NCBI GenBank assembly: GCA_021613535.1
Contig: CP075496.1
Span: forward strand, 5,146,001 to 5,210,000
Direction: 5' to 3'
DNA length: 64,000 nucleotides
From: Adineta vaga
Taxonomy: Eukaryota > Animalia > Rotifera
Part shown: positions 41,756-55,893 of the stretch, one piece after another
How positions within the stretch are numbered: position 1 is the first letter of the stretch
Layout of the letters: the number at the start of each line of letters is the position of its first letter
Made by a program: the position numbers and the translations under genes
Notes under the pieces: generated by a model
The model's database searches: none
The model's input: the letters and a program-made list of their open reading frames with translations, nothing else
Told to the model about the DNA's origin: nothing

Positions 41756-44700
41756 ATGATGTGGTCTTCACAGGGAAATACGGATTACAATTCAAATGGT
41801 AATTTGTTTGTTTAAATTTTGGCAAATTTTTATCTATGAATTCTTTTTTTTCCATTTTTTAGAGCGTTCAGCGCATTCAGTTTCACAACCAATTAATATG
41901 CCAAATCGACCATTGGATTTGACCGCAGGTTACGTTGACACACACAGTGCGGTTTTTTCACCCAAGTCAACAGATCCAACTAATCTCGGTGTTAATATGT
42001 GTATGAATATATTAGAAGGTGATAATTCACCACGCGTGAAAGATAATACAATTAAAGATGTTTCACAACGTTTACAAAATATGAAAATTTATGTAAGTAA
42101 AATAAACATTTCTAATACATTTAGTTCACTTTCGCTTATATGTGTGACCATTGATTCGCATTACTAGTCTATGATAGGATAATAGATTACCCCCATGTTG
42201 TATAGTTAATATTCAGTTGATTATTGATAACAGATCTGATCTTCAGTAGTGAGCAATCTGATTTGAATGATAAGAATAATCTTGATGAATTTCATAATAT
42301 TCATTCCTCCATTTTATTCTATTCTAGACTGACAGTGATAATGATAAAAAAGCACATGATAATCCAAATGAATTTCATGTTGATGATGGTAAATCCGATG
42401 AAACAGTAGGTGATAATGTATTACCAAATACAAGTCGTAAACAATCACCACGCGCATCGCCTGGTCATATTCATAATGATTTACCAAATGGTAGTACTAA
42501 TGAAAATCTTTCATCCAATGATCCAATGGGTCCTCACAATGATATTAATGATAGTGGTTTACCATCAGTACATTCAGTAATGAATGGTATGCCAACAGCA
42601 TCCGTACCGATACCATTTCAACGAATGCAACCAAATGATCATCAACAACAAATGTTAATTTATCAACAACAGCAACAACAAGCGTAAATAACAATTAAAA
42701 TGACGAAATATAGTTTTTTTAAAATAACGTTGTTCATCCATTTTTAGTTATCAAGCTCAACAATATCAAATGCTTCAACAGCAAGTAGCGCATTATGAAA
42801 TGGATCCGCGTACTACAAACTTTCAACCATTCGATTATACATTAATTCAACCACAATCGTTAGTTTTTTTAAATTTTCTTTTCATTCAAACACGAACATT
42901 TTTCTTCTTTCAAGATATGAAAGTCAATCAATTATTTCCGCTTTTAATCCACAAGCATCAGGCACAGCACAACAAGATCCTCAGCTAGCTAATCTTGCTC
43001 AAGGTCCATTAATGCCTTGGTTACAAAGCACTGTTGCTGCACAACAACAATCCGCTAATCAACAAACACCATATGGTTCATCATCCAATCAATATATACT
43101 AAATAATTCTCAAGATAATTATTTACAAACATTAGCAAATTTTCATCAAACACCAGGTACGCATCCATCGTTTCAACCTCAATATTGGTCAGCAGTTCCA
43201 ACTACTCTCATGTTTTCCGCTCCACCATCGCAAACAATGCTAGCACAACAACAATCATTAAATAATGAACAACAATCACCACAATCGAAAACTAACAATA
43301 ACAATAATAATCGTCCATTGACACCTTCAAATTCCAATGATTTATTGAGTACATCACAACCCAATCAACAACAATTTATGAATATGCCTCGTACTGCGCA
43401 AACACCACGTATGACAAATGAAAGTTGATTTTTGTTAGAACGATTCTAATCCACTTCTATTTTAGTTAATTTTCCATACTATGCAGCTGCTTCACCAACC
43501 TTCCTTGATCCAGCTTTAATGATGCAAACATCCAGAGCACCTAATGGTTCACCGAACATTCGCATGTATCAACAACAAGTACCAATTCCAAGTATTTTAT
43601 TCTGAAATTCAATCTTTTTATTCACATCGTATATATCTTATTTTAGTCAATACAAATAATCAAGGTGGTCTTTATGGCAGTCCAGTAGCAAGTTCACTTT
43701 CAAGTTCATTCAATGGTAAGTTAAAATCGATTGATTAGCCAGAGATCACAAGGCACAAATATTCTAGAAGCTTTGTTTCAGTTGTATCAAAATAATCTTT
43801 CTATATAAAACTACACTAACTAATCAAAGAAAAGATAGATATTTTGTCTGTGAATTCGAAATGAATAAGAATTTTCATTCTTTACTATGGTTGTCTGATT
43901 TGATTTGACATGGTTGTCTGTTATTTGTCATCATTTTGTTTTGTTCTTTTTACAAAAAATTCGAGACATTTCATTTAGTTATTTTTGCAATTCAGAAAAG
44001 ATGACTAAACCAATGGTAACATGACGTTGCCCGAGATTCGATCTTCAAAATTCTCATTGATTACTAATTATTAGAGAATTGTTTGTTTTATACTTAGCAG
44101 TTCCTTTTCAACTAAAGTCTTTCTTCTTCATAGATGCATATACTGTTCCAAATCCACGACGTGACGGTTCCATAGTTGATTTCTCTCGTTTTCCAGGTGA
44201 TCCTCGTCTACCAAAACAAGGTCAACAACAGCAACAACAACAACAACAAACGCCGTTATTTCACGGTCAAATCAGTGGTCTACCACCCTCACCGGCTTAT
44301 AACAATTTAATACCATCAATGACTCCACCACCAACTTCTAACACTGCAACATTTGATGGTATGTTCAATACTCGATTTTTTCCTCCAAATGGTTCATCAA
44401 CTGGTGGATCTCAACAACAAATTCTCAATGGTAATGATATGTATGTTGGCCGTCGTAGTGTGGGTAGCATCAGTGGAACAATGCCAAGTTTTTATCCTCC
44501 AAATGTATTTGGTGGTAATGGAAACTGCCAATAACTTACCCGGAAATGGCAATGCTCGTGATGCAAATATTAATCGAAGTAAATTATTGGACGATTTTCG
44601 TAATAGTCGAATGCCAAATTTACAATTACGTGATGTTGTTGGTCATTTTACGGAATTTTCAATGGATCAACATGGTTCAAGATTTATTCAACAAAAACTT

Positions 44701-47027
44701 GAACGTGCAACTAATAGTGAAAAAGATATGGTCTTCAAAGAAATTCTTCCTAATTCATCTCAATTAATGACCGATGTCTTCGGAAATTATGTTATTCAAG
44801 TAAGAAATCACAAACGAATAATCGTTCTTTTTCTTAAAAACATTCTATATTTTAGAAATTTTTCGAATTTGGTACAGTTGAACATAAAGGACATTTGGCT
44901 CATCGCATTCGTGGAAATGTTCTAACACTTGCATTGCAAATGTATGGCTGTCGTGTTATTCAAAAAGCTGTCGAAACTTTACCAGGCGACTTTCAATTGC
45001 AAATAGCAAGAGAATTAGAAGGCAATGTAGTGAAATGTATTGAAGATCAAAATGGTAATCATGTTATCCAAAAATGTATTGAATGTTGTTCAAGTGAAAG
45101 TATTGAATTTATTATACGAGATGTAACCAGACAAGTTTTCTCACTTTCATCGCATCCATATGGTTGTCGAGTCATTCAGCGTATATTAGAAAATTGTAAA
45201 GATTTTCAAACACGACCAATACTTGACATCTTATATAATGAATTGGACAATCTTGTGCAAGATCAATATGGTAAGAAATATCTAGGAATGAAAAGATTCA
45301 ATTTTTGTTTTTTGTTTCGTGTTTTAGGAAATTATGTCATTCAACATGTATTAGAGCATGGCAAAGTCGAAGATCGAACTCGTATAATTAATGCTATAAC
45401 CGGTCGTGTATTACAGTTATCACAACATAAATTTGCCAGGTAAGAAAAAAATCTCGCGTTAAAGTTAATCGAATACACATGTCATTTGTTTGTTTCTTTG
45501 TTTTAGTAATGTTGTAGAAAAATGTGTTACGTATGCAACAAGGGATGAAAGACGACAGCTTATTGATGAAGTTGTCACATCTGGTGATGGGTAAAGTTGA
45601 CTGCTTAAAGATTTACATGAGAATTAGATAATATTGTTGATTTCTTCTTTCTAGACCTAATTGTGCTTTATTAACAATGATGAAAGATCAGTTTGCTAAT
45701 TATGTTGTTCAAAAGGTAAGTTATTTATTTAACATTTTTCCATACGATAAACTTATACATTGAAAATCAATGAAAAAAGTTAAGAAGTAATCTATTCCTA
45801 AAAAATTCATCGTTGTGCTTTTACGATGATTAAGAACTATTCAATGACTAATATGTAAAAGAAAAGAAAAGTAACTTGAAATCTAGCTCCTTCATACTGA
45901 CATATATGATTAATAGAGCTGACAATATGCACGATTTGCATAAATTGACTATGTTGAATTAATCATTATTTTAATAAATTATGCTCATAACAGATTTGAA
46001 ATTGTCAATTGTTCTAAGAACATGAAATAATAACTGTTGAGCTGTTCAAGATTATTTTAATCCGATTTCAACATTTCAATCATTCTCAACGATGAATACA
46101 AGTACTTTTTGAATATTTCTTACTGACATTCTTTATCCTTTCCATTTTCTACAGCACGCTTTTAGTTTTCTCAAACCGCCTTCTCTCCTCTTCATCAACA
46201 TAGCTTGTGATTCAATCACATACGCACGTCGAGAAAAGAAAATACTAACTGGATAAAATTAGATCGATACTCTTTGAACTACACAAATAATTGTTGATTG
46301 AATATAGAACTCGCTTTTTTTCTCTTCTCCATTCGAAAGAAAAGAAACGATGCTTTTCTACTGTCTAACCGTAGACTATTGTATAGTTTCATTGATATAG
46401 AAAGTATTCTAATTCAAAGATTTGCAATCGCTTACGTTTTTAACGTTAATTATTACAAAACTATTCATATCATCAAAGATATAATGTTTATGGACGGACA
46501 TTTGATTCAGTGTTTCAGAATAATAGACGATCGTCGTCTTTTTTCATATCAAAATACATTAGCAAACATTGACATCAAAGATTCTTTGTTTCGGAATGAG
46601 CTTTCTTAACTTCCTACGCATGCCCATCATTAAATATTCTCTCATGAATCTTTCCACTTACAATAGAAGCTAGTTCTATTATCTTTGATATATTTATATT
46701 CATTCTCAAAAGAATTCTATTGAAAATTGTCTTTTTTCCTGATCTAGTCTTTTTTTCTTAATTAATAATCCAAAACAAGAAGATTTTTTTTATTTATATT
46801 TAATTTGTTTTTCTTCTTCTTCTTGTTCAAATCAGATGATTGATGTTGCTGAACCTCCTCAACGAAAAATTCTCTTACAAAAAGTTCGACCACATATTCA
46901 ATCACTTCGAAAATTCACCTATGGAAAACATATTATTACTAAACTTGAAAAATATCTTAGTAAAAGTACAGACATGGCCTCAATGTCATCATCAAATTCG
47001 AACGGTTTATCACATTATGACAATTAA
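41756..47027 (+). CDS. pum: Pumilio (PUF) RNA-binding protein with 8 canonical repeats; one apparent frameshift near 44522
   Basis: [20 protein letters not shown], then repeats with SRFIQ, NYVIQ, CRVIQ, NHVIQ, CRVIQ, NYVIQ, SNVVE and NYVVQ, ending [16 protein letters not shown]. The N-terminus is Q/N-rich. Confidence 0.95.
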
Positions 47028-47160
47028 CATATATATTTTGTTTGCTCTGTTTTCTTGTTTTTTTTCTCTGTTATTCTCTAGTTAGTTTGTTTGTTTCCTT
47101 CGTTTTCATTGCGTGACAGTGGTCGCTCTCAAACTTTGTATGTCTGGTTTTTTTTTGCTC

Positions 47161-47168
47161 TGTATATA
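47161..47168 (+). promoter_or_regulatory. Pumilio response element (UGUAHAUA) in the presumed pum 3' UTR
   Basis: TGTATATA, 134 nt after the stop codon. Such matches occur easily by chance in AT-rich DNA. Confidence 0.35.
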
Positions 47169-48473
47169 CATTTATATATATATATATATATACCTGGCTC
47201 AGGCAATGTGTTTTAGTCTTGCCAGCCTCAGACTGTGTTGATGATCATCCAAAAAAGATTTTTTTTGTTATCTTATTTATCTTGTTGTTGTTGCTCAAAA
47301 AAAAAGAAAACAAAAGACCAGAAAAGACGAATCATGATTTTGTACAGTTTTCTTGTTAATCATCTGTAATCGATTCAGTTTTCTATATTCTATAAATATC
47401 TTTCTGTATATGTTTTGTGTGTGTAATTCATATAATGTAAAGAAGTTTCGTTTAAAGTGTCATACACTTTCTACTGAAGGAGAAAGAAAAACCAAACATG
47501 ATATGTGAATTCATACTCGAACGGTGAAAAAAATTGAAAAGAAATTTCGGAATAGTTTATTGACCGCTGCGCGCACAGTTTATTTTTGTTTCCGTCTTTA
47601 TTATATACGTCCCTTTTTTCTTCTTTTTCTTTTCTTTTCTTTTTTCTTTTTCTTTTTCTTTTCTCAGGGAAATGTGTGACGATATCACGCATTTCACTAT
47701 CATACGCACACGTACGTTTTCTTTTCTTTGTTTTTTGGGTTTCGTATATAGATGTTTTTCTTTTCCTTTCTTTCTTTTTTTGTATCCAGGAACGATTTTG
47801 TTGTTTTTTTTTCGTCAAACTTCAATCTGTTTAACTTGTTCTGGTTCTTTCTTCATGTAGTGAATGACCTGATTTTTCTTTTGTTCTTTTGTTTTCTTTT
47901 CATAAAGTCTCAGTTTTTTTCTTTCTTCTTTTGTTTGCTCTTCTTTTTTTCTCTCTATTCATCTGTTTGCATCACCCAACTATATACATGTACTACTAAC
48001 GAAAAATAAATAGACAGAGAAAAAAAACTCAACAAATGATGCTCTTTCTTGGACGATCAACGGAAAAGGAATAAATTTATAAATATTCATCTTACTCAAT
48101 AAGTGTATGATGGCAATCAATGTTGATTTTGGGGAAATCTTATACGAAAGATATAAAAAAAAGAAAGTTAACTTCTAAGTTTGAATGACTGTTATAATGT
48201 TCTCCTATTCATTAGCATAAGCAATGATTAGAGGAAGATGTTGAAGAAGGATATTCAAGTAGATCGAGTGACAATTAGTCTTTTGTATGAAGCGAACGCG
48301 TCATCATTTCTCGCCGCCATCCATCTTCCGCTCCAATGCAAATAAAACTTCTTCTCTCGCTTCTTTTCTTTTTTCCGCTTCTTCAGATTCCTATAATTCA
48401 TAAGTAATATTTTATATTCATGGATAGTCAAAATCTACCACAAGTTTATCGAGTAATATAGTACAAAATAATT

Positions 48474-49723
48474 ATGCAGTCACATCAACATTCCGGTTCG
48501 AGTCAAGCTCCTCCACCACCACCATATCATAATAACATGCAACAGACTCATCAACCGATCAACTATAACCGACCAGCCGAAGAACGTATGGCTGATTTTC
48601 AACAACTTGTTGCTCGCTATGAGAGTAAGATTTTAATTAAGATTTATATTAATAAAAAGAAAATGAACAGAAATAACTTGTTTTTCGATAATTATTTAGT
48701 CAATCATACATTTGCAACAAAATTACGCGTTCTTGAAGGTTACGAGATCGTCTTCATTTGTGATGATTCAGGCTCGATGAATACTCCACTCGGTAATTTC
48801 ATTTTGATCGTCTATTATCTTGATAAAATTAAATTATCTGATTATTTCAGGAGATCTTTCCGGCCCGTTTGATAAAATGCCATCTCGCTGTAAGATTTAA
48901 TACATTGCACTTTTAACTTTAGTTTTTCTATTTTATTAATTACAGGGGATGAACTTAAACAGACAGTATCTATTGTTGTGGATTTAGCAAGTGTTTTTGA
49001 TCCTGATGGTGTGGACATTTATTTTCTCAATCGTGAACCAATATTTCATGTTCAAAATTCTGAACAATTAATACCGATTTTCTCCATACCTCCAGCTGGT
49101 AAATTACAAAGAAAAGAAAAGAAAATAAACATAACTTTTTATGTTATTATATGCATTTTATAATTCAGGTCCAACGCCCATTGTTCCGGTTTTTCGACGT
49201 GTACTTCGTGATAAACAACATGAAATTGAAGAACGTAAATTACTGATACTTTTAGCAACTGATGGTGTTCCAACGGATAATCAAGGTCATCGAGATATTC
49301 GTTCATTTGAATATGTACTTAAACACGAACGTAAACCAACAGATCGTATTCCAGTAACAATCATTGCTTGTACAGATGATGATGATTGTATTGGATATTT
49401 AAATGATTGGGATAAGAAAATTCCTAATCTTGATGTTGTTGATGATTATCGAAATGAGAAAAAAGAAATTCAAGGGCGTCAAGGAAAACATTTTCCATTC
49501 AGTTTTGGTGATGTATGTAAAATTATGTTCTTTGATAAATATCTCGAACGAATTATATTTGATTTTTTTTATTAAGTATGTCGTAAAAATTCTTATGGGT
49601 GGTGTTGATAGTTGGTTTGATGATCTAGATGAAAAGAAAGTTACTACTGATGGTTATGGACGACCAAGTAAAAGTAGAGATTCCAAACGGAAAACGAAGA
49701 TGTCTTATTCAATAATCAAGTAA
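48474..49723 (+). CDS. vWA (MIDAS) domain protein, copy 1
   Basis: IVFICDDSGSM, RWDELK, FDPDGVDIYFLNR, GPTP, LLATDGVP, VVDDY and FPFSFGD. Multi-exon. Confidence 0.88.
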
Positions 49724-50676
49724 TTATATGCCAATCATCTTTTTTTTTCAAAAACATACATGAATATTCAATTGTTTGCTGTCTTTTATAGACATTCGAA
49801 TGATCATTTTCAATCTAGAACTTTGATACATATTTCGGAAATAGATGATTGATCACATGATTAATTGAATAAAATGTATTCGAATTGTTACACATCTATT
49901 TTTTGCTTTACAATTTGTTTATTCATATTGTACAACGAGAAATATTTGGTGTTACTTTTTCAACGAAATTTCATTTCCAGTAGAATGTTATACAACAAAG
50001 ATCTTCTTTCTTTCTTTTTTTTATCTCTTTAACATCTATGTGTGAATGATGTATATACTGTTCCTTTCACTGTTTGCGTTTCTGAATTATTCACATCGAT
50101 ATTTCCTCATGGCTTTTAGCTTGTTAATCAAAATTATGTTCATGACTTCTTTCTCTCTCTCTCTCTCTGTCTTTTTTGTAATAGTTCTATGGGAGAATAA
50201 AATTTTTAATAATAATTTGACAAAGATGAAGAAGGTCAAACATCATACATTTTGTCTCTTGATTGCTTTAGTCATAAAAGGAGAAAAGCGAGGGAAAAAA
50301 GAGAACGTAGTAGTTTGTTACTAGTTGCAATCAAGAAATTGTTTTTCCTCTTTCTTCTTGCGTTATTTGTCTACATAGCGTCATTGATGAATTGACGTCA
50401 AAATAAAGAAAGACAACATTTTACATTGTCGTCCGTTCTTATTCACGATACCTGCATAGTTCTGTCTCGCTTTTTTTTATTGTTTAAGTAATAACAATGA
50501 GACAAGAGTTGTGATATAATATAAAACAAACTAGTCTTAGATACTTTCATGTCTTTTGTCTCGTGTCTCCGTAGAAACTTATTTATCTGATAGGTTAGAT
50601 AAAGAAGAGTGAGCTGGAGAACAACAGATGTATGTGTTTTTTCTTGTTCTAATAGAAACTCGACAGATTTACATCG

Positions 50677-52390
50677 ATGCATCCACAATATGGTTCACCA
50701 TCACCATCAGCACCACCTCTACCAAATCAATATCCTCAACCAATTGGTGTTCAATCTCCACAACAAAGAACAATTCCATTAAATCAAGAAGAACGTTTAC
50801 GTAAATTTCAATATTTAGTCGATCGATATGAAATTAATCGAACATTTGCAACAAGATTAAGAGCTTTGGATGGCTATGAAATCGTTTTTATTGTTGATGG
50901 TAAGTTAAATTTAAGAAACAACAATACAATATTATGAACTTGAACTTCTATTAGGAAAAAAGAGGGATCAACTTCGATAGAATAAAACTTTTTTTTTCAG
51001 CTCATTTTTTATTCTATTATATTCTCAAGAGAATATGTGCTGCTATATAGATGGTAGTATTGTGAAAAAGAATAATGGTAAAATGAGGAATTTTTTTTAT
51101 CAGAAGCTTTGTTCTAATGATATCTTATTATTTATTTATACCTCTCATTTGCTAAAAATACTTGGAATTGAAAGCTCAAGTGATATTTCTATAACAAGAA
51201 AGAACGATTATTGAAATGACTTTCTCTTTTCCCTTTTTTCGAAAAATCCTTTCTATTAAATTAAATAAGATCTCAACTTTTCGAGTGTAACGTTCGAGAA
51301 CATTCTTTTTTTTCTTCTCCTTCTGTCGGAATAGAATTTTTTAATTTATTATTTAAATATCGATAACATAACTATTTGCTTTCGACTCGTAGATTCCGGA
51401 TCGATGAATACACCACTCGGTAGGTTATTTATCTAGGAAAAAAACTTAAAAAAAAAATATAGATCATATTTTTTCTATTTTCCAGGTGATGTTTCTAATC
51501 CATATGATCAAAGTCCAAGAAGATGGGATGAACTTCGACAAACGGTCTCAATTGTCGTTGATATTGCTTCCGTGTAAGTTTTTCCTTTTAATTTCTAATA
51601 GTTTTTCAACGAGATTTCTTCGTTCTTTAATTTAGTTTCGATCCCGATGGTGTTGGTAAATAAAACACTTAAGTGTGTATAATTAAATTATTTCTTCTTG
51701 ATTCTTTAGATGTATTCTTCTTAAATCGTGAACCATTACGCCATGTAAAAAGTTCAGAAGAACTCATTCCTATATTTGCTATTCCACCTACTGGTATACA
51801 TGAGTATAAATATATATCAACTGAATTTGTGCTTCATTTTTGGATTCTGAATAGGTCCAACGCCAATTGTTCGAATACTTCGATATGTTCTTCGAGAAAA
51901 ACAATTGGAAATTCAAGAACGTAAATTATTAATTTTGATTGCTACAGATGGTGTACCAACCAATGAACATGGTCAACAAGATATTAAATCTCTTGAATAT
52001 GCACTTCGTTATGATCGAAAACCACCGGAACGTGTACCAGTAACAATTATTGCTTGTACAGATGATAATGATTGTATTGGATATTTAAATGATTGGGATA
52101 AGAAAATTCCTAATCTTGATGTTGCAGATGATTACAGATCCGAAAGAAAAGAAATTCTTAAAACTCAAGGAAAAGAATTTCCATTCAGTTTTGGTGATGT
52201 ATGTTAAAGATATATTTTGATATCTCATAATCTCGATGTGTTTTTGTTTTCTTTCAAGTATGTTGTCAAAGTCTTGATGGGTGGCATCGATGAATGGTTT
52301 GATAGACTTGATGAACGTCGGGTAACTAGTCGTACGTCTTCAGGTCGACGTTCAAGAAAAGATAAAAAAGATAAATGTTTGATATTATAA
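50677..52390 (+). CDS. vWA (MIDAS) domain protein, copy 2, ending in CaaX (CLIL*)
   Basis: IVFIVD|DSGSM, RWDELR, IATDGVP. The last exon ends RKDKKDKCLIL*. Confidence 0.88.
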
Positions 52391-54360
52391 AAAACATAAT
52401 CATTCCTATACTCTTTTGATATATATACCTTTGAATGATATTTTGTGCGAATAATTCGATTTTGTTTATTTTTTGCTTTGCAATATATTTTATGTACGCA
52501 TGTATGTTTTTATATGTTGTATGGTATTTTTCAAGTTCATAGTTTTTTTTGTTAAGGAAAAGAGATACTGAATAATTGATAATGATGATTACTTCAATAA
52601 TAAAACAATACACTCGTAAATCAATTGTCAATAACTAAAATAAAGATTTATATCGATAGTTCTATTGAAGATTATTGAATAAAACTTGACTGAATCAATG
52701 AAAACATATCTATCGAATGTTATTCACCATGTCTTTATTATTCTTGCGAATAATATCGATTGAGTACGCCATGATAGGAAGCTATCGGTACAGAAATACT
52801 GAAAACACTTTTCAAAAAAAAGACGTCAAGTACACTGCATATTTTACAAAGGTTACATTTATAAACAATGTACTTAAGTTAATAATTTATTCGAAATATA
52901 AAAGTCAAGAAGAGTAATTGTATAAATTGTTCGTCTGAAAGCATTTCATGATTAGATATAAAGTGTTATTGCTATGTCGAATACATGGTACAACAACTAA
53001 TGAAAACATTTCATGCAAATCTTGTAATTAAATAGAAAAAAACAATGAACTATTCTTGGGAGTTTTGATTAGATCTTAAGACAATCGTGACTAAACAAAT
53101 TCTTTTCATTATTAGAATCTCGAGCTCAAAATATTAGATCTAACACTTTCATTTAAACAAAAATAACAGTAATTTGTATAATTTATTGAATGAATATTAA
53201 AGATGATCGAAATTTTCATTATATAATTGAACTATCATAGAAAAAAGTAGAATCATATTTATTGTAGATAAGTATAGAGCTGATAGTTTCGAAAATATAC
53301 ACTTCTGTCAATGATATTGATTAAGTGATAAGTTACATTACACAAGTTATTTTGTGTTAAATATAGAATTCAATCAGGATCTCATAATTGATGTATTTTG
53401 TTCTAAAAGATATTAGATACTAAATTCTGTATCTATCAGATTAAATTAAACATTCACTCTATTAATTTGTTCTCGATAACATTATGGACGGAATGTCATT
53501 TACAAAATATCTTTATTCAACAACGATCATAAAACCATTTCTTATCATTTTACTCCTTCTTCATCAACGGATAGTTTTTAGTCGGTCATTGCGTCGGCTT
53601 TGTTCTACATAACATTTGTAAATAAGTTATCTTCTTTAAAGAATATCTACAAAAATATTTGTCTATTGAATTCTTAGAAATGCTCTGATTCATATCATCT
53701 TTCTCATGTTAATAATCTCGCTTCGATCAATATTTATTCCTGCTTTGAAAATATCATGCATCAGTTTTTCTTTCGGAGTAATGTCACTTGTATTTATTAT
53801 ACACCTACGCTTTCGTTAGTTGAGAAATGAAATCCATTGGTTTGATAAAATTCCTGATATAGACTTGGCCACTGGTTTCAAACATTGTTCTGTTTTGTTC
53901 TCTCTTCTCTAAATTCTTCTTATCATAGTGTTGCGTTTATTTTCTTTTTTATCTTTATTTTCAACAAAACATCTTGCTACTTGGTTACATTGGTTAATCA
54001 GCTGTCGTCCTCAATGAATTTACTTGTTTGACGTTAGCAGTCGTCAAAATCAATATTCTCTATCTTATTGTATTAGTAAGTATTCTCTGGCGTAAAATAT
54101 GAGTAGATTGAATGTGAAATGATCGAAAATTATGCGTCATCATTGACGAAACACCATGAGTATGTGAAGTATGTCAAAGCAAGATTACATACGTTAATGC
54201 CCACGTCGTGCTGTATGACGTTTCACTGAAAAGAACAAAAAGAATTTTTTATTTTTCTTTCTGTCATCATATATATATGCGAGACCGTTTCTTTTATTTT
54301 TACATAGATTATACTCATCCTAGATAAGTGTTTTTTAAATTTTAATCTTTCACAATCTTG

Positions 54361-55378
54361 ATGGCATATGGAAATACAACTTCTGCTCAATATTCTGGTA
54401 TACAAACATCTTCAAATCCATATGAATCAAACGTTCCACCAACTTATAATGATGCAGTTGCTGATTCAATGACCACACCAGAAGCACGTATGCAAAAATT
54501 TGCTCAAATAGCTGCTCAATATGAAATCAATAATGATTTTGCAAATCGTTTAAGACAACTTGAAGGTTATGAAATTGTCTTTCTTTGTGATGATTCTGGT
54601 TCTATGGCTACTGTTGTTGGTAAGTTGATTTGTCACCATTATATCAGCAATAAAATAATTGTTTTTTTTGTTTTTTGAAAAGGCACAAATGCAAACGCTT
54701 TTGGAGTACGTTCTACTCGTTGGGATGAATTGAAGCAAATTGTTACGATTACTGTTGACATTGCTTCTGTTCTTGATCCTGATGGTCTAGACATTTATTT
54801 TCTTAATCGTCCCGCAGTTTTACGTGTTAAACATGCATCTCAACTTAGATCTGCTTTTGATGCTCCACCGAATGGTTTAACCCCTATAACACGTGTACTT
54901 CGTCAAATACTTCAAGCGAAAAAAAATGAAGTTCAAGAACGTAAACTTTTAGTCATTATTGCTACAGATGGTCAACCAACGGATGATTTTGGTACGACTG
55001 ATGTTGCCACTTTAGAATATGTTTTAAAACATGAAAGAAATCCAGTTGGTCGTATTTTAATCACTTTTTGTGCATGTACGGACGATGATGCAGCTGTTGG
55101 ATATTTGAATAAATGGGATGCAAAAATTCCTTATCTTGATGTTTGCGATGATTATCGATCAGAACGAGATGAAATCTGGCGAGTAAGCATGATATTATTT
55201 CTTAGAAATATCTTTTCTAATGGTATTTGGTTTTTAGGTTCAAGGACGACAGTTTCCATTTTCATTCGGAGATTATGTCGTGAAAATGTTATTAGGCTCA
55301 GTTGATCCATATTTTGATAATTTAGATCAAAAACGTGTTGGTAAAACGAACAAAAGAACTCGTTGTACATTAATGTAA
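54361..55378 (+). CDS. vWA (MIDAS) domain protein, copy 3, ending in CaaX (CTLM*)
   Basis: IVFLCDDSGSM, RWDELK, IATDGQP. The last exon ends KTNKRTRCTLM*. Confidence 0.88.
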
Positions 55379-55893
55379 TTTATTGGTTTTTATCAATAAG
55401 ATAAATATGCATTGAATAAAAGAATATAGTTTATGTTCAGATGATGTGATGTTTTTGTTATATTTCAATTCTTTTTTCTTTTAATTTTTTTTAAGTAAAA
55501 TATATGTTTTTTTTATAAAAAAAATATATTGATCTTAATTAAGCAATCATGAATTTTCACAGCAATATTATGAAACAGATTACATTCAATAATCGATCGA
55601 TGTATTGAATTTGGTTAGAGAATCTAGGATAATAATTAGTGGATTCAATGGTACGTTATGTTTTCTTTTTGTTCTATTTATCTTTCATTCTATTATTAAT
55701 CATGAAATAAACATACACAATACAAAAGAGCCATTTCATGACTAAGGACAACGAACATAAAGTTTGTTTCTTTTTGACTTAGATTAAGAGCACAAAGCAG
55801 AGAACGTGCATGAGAAACAGAAAGAAGAAAAAAAACACAGACAGCGTGAGACGAACAGACAGAAAGAAAGTGGAAAAACAAGAAAATTAAATG

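Noticed and set aside
43996-44015. AG/GT-bounded 20-nt micro-exon candidate in a pum intron
   Set aside because: Its phase is incompatible with the flanking exons and nothing else supports it.
47471-48009. Overlapping Phe-rich and Lys-rich ORFs
   Set aside because: They are artefacts of the T-rich pum 3' UTR.
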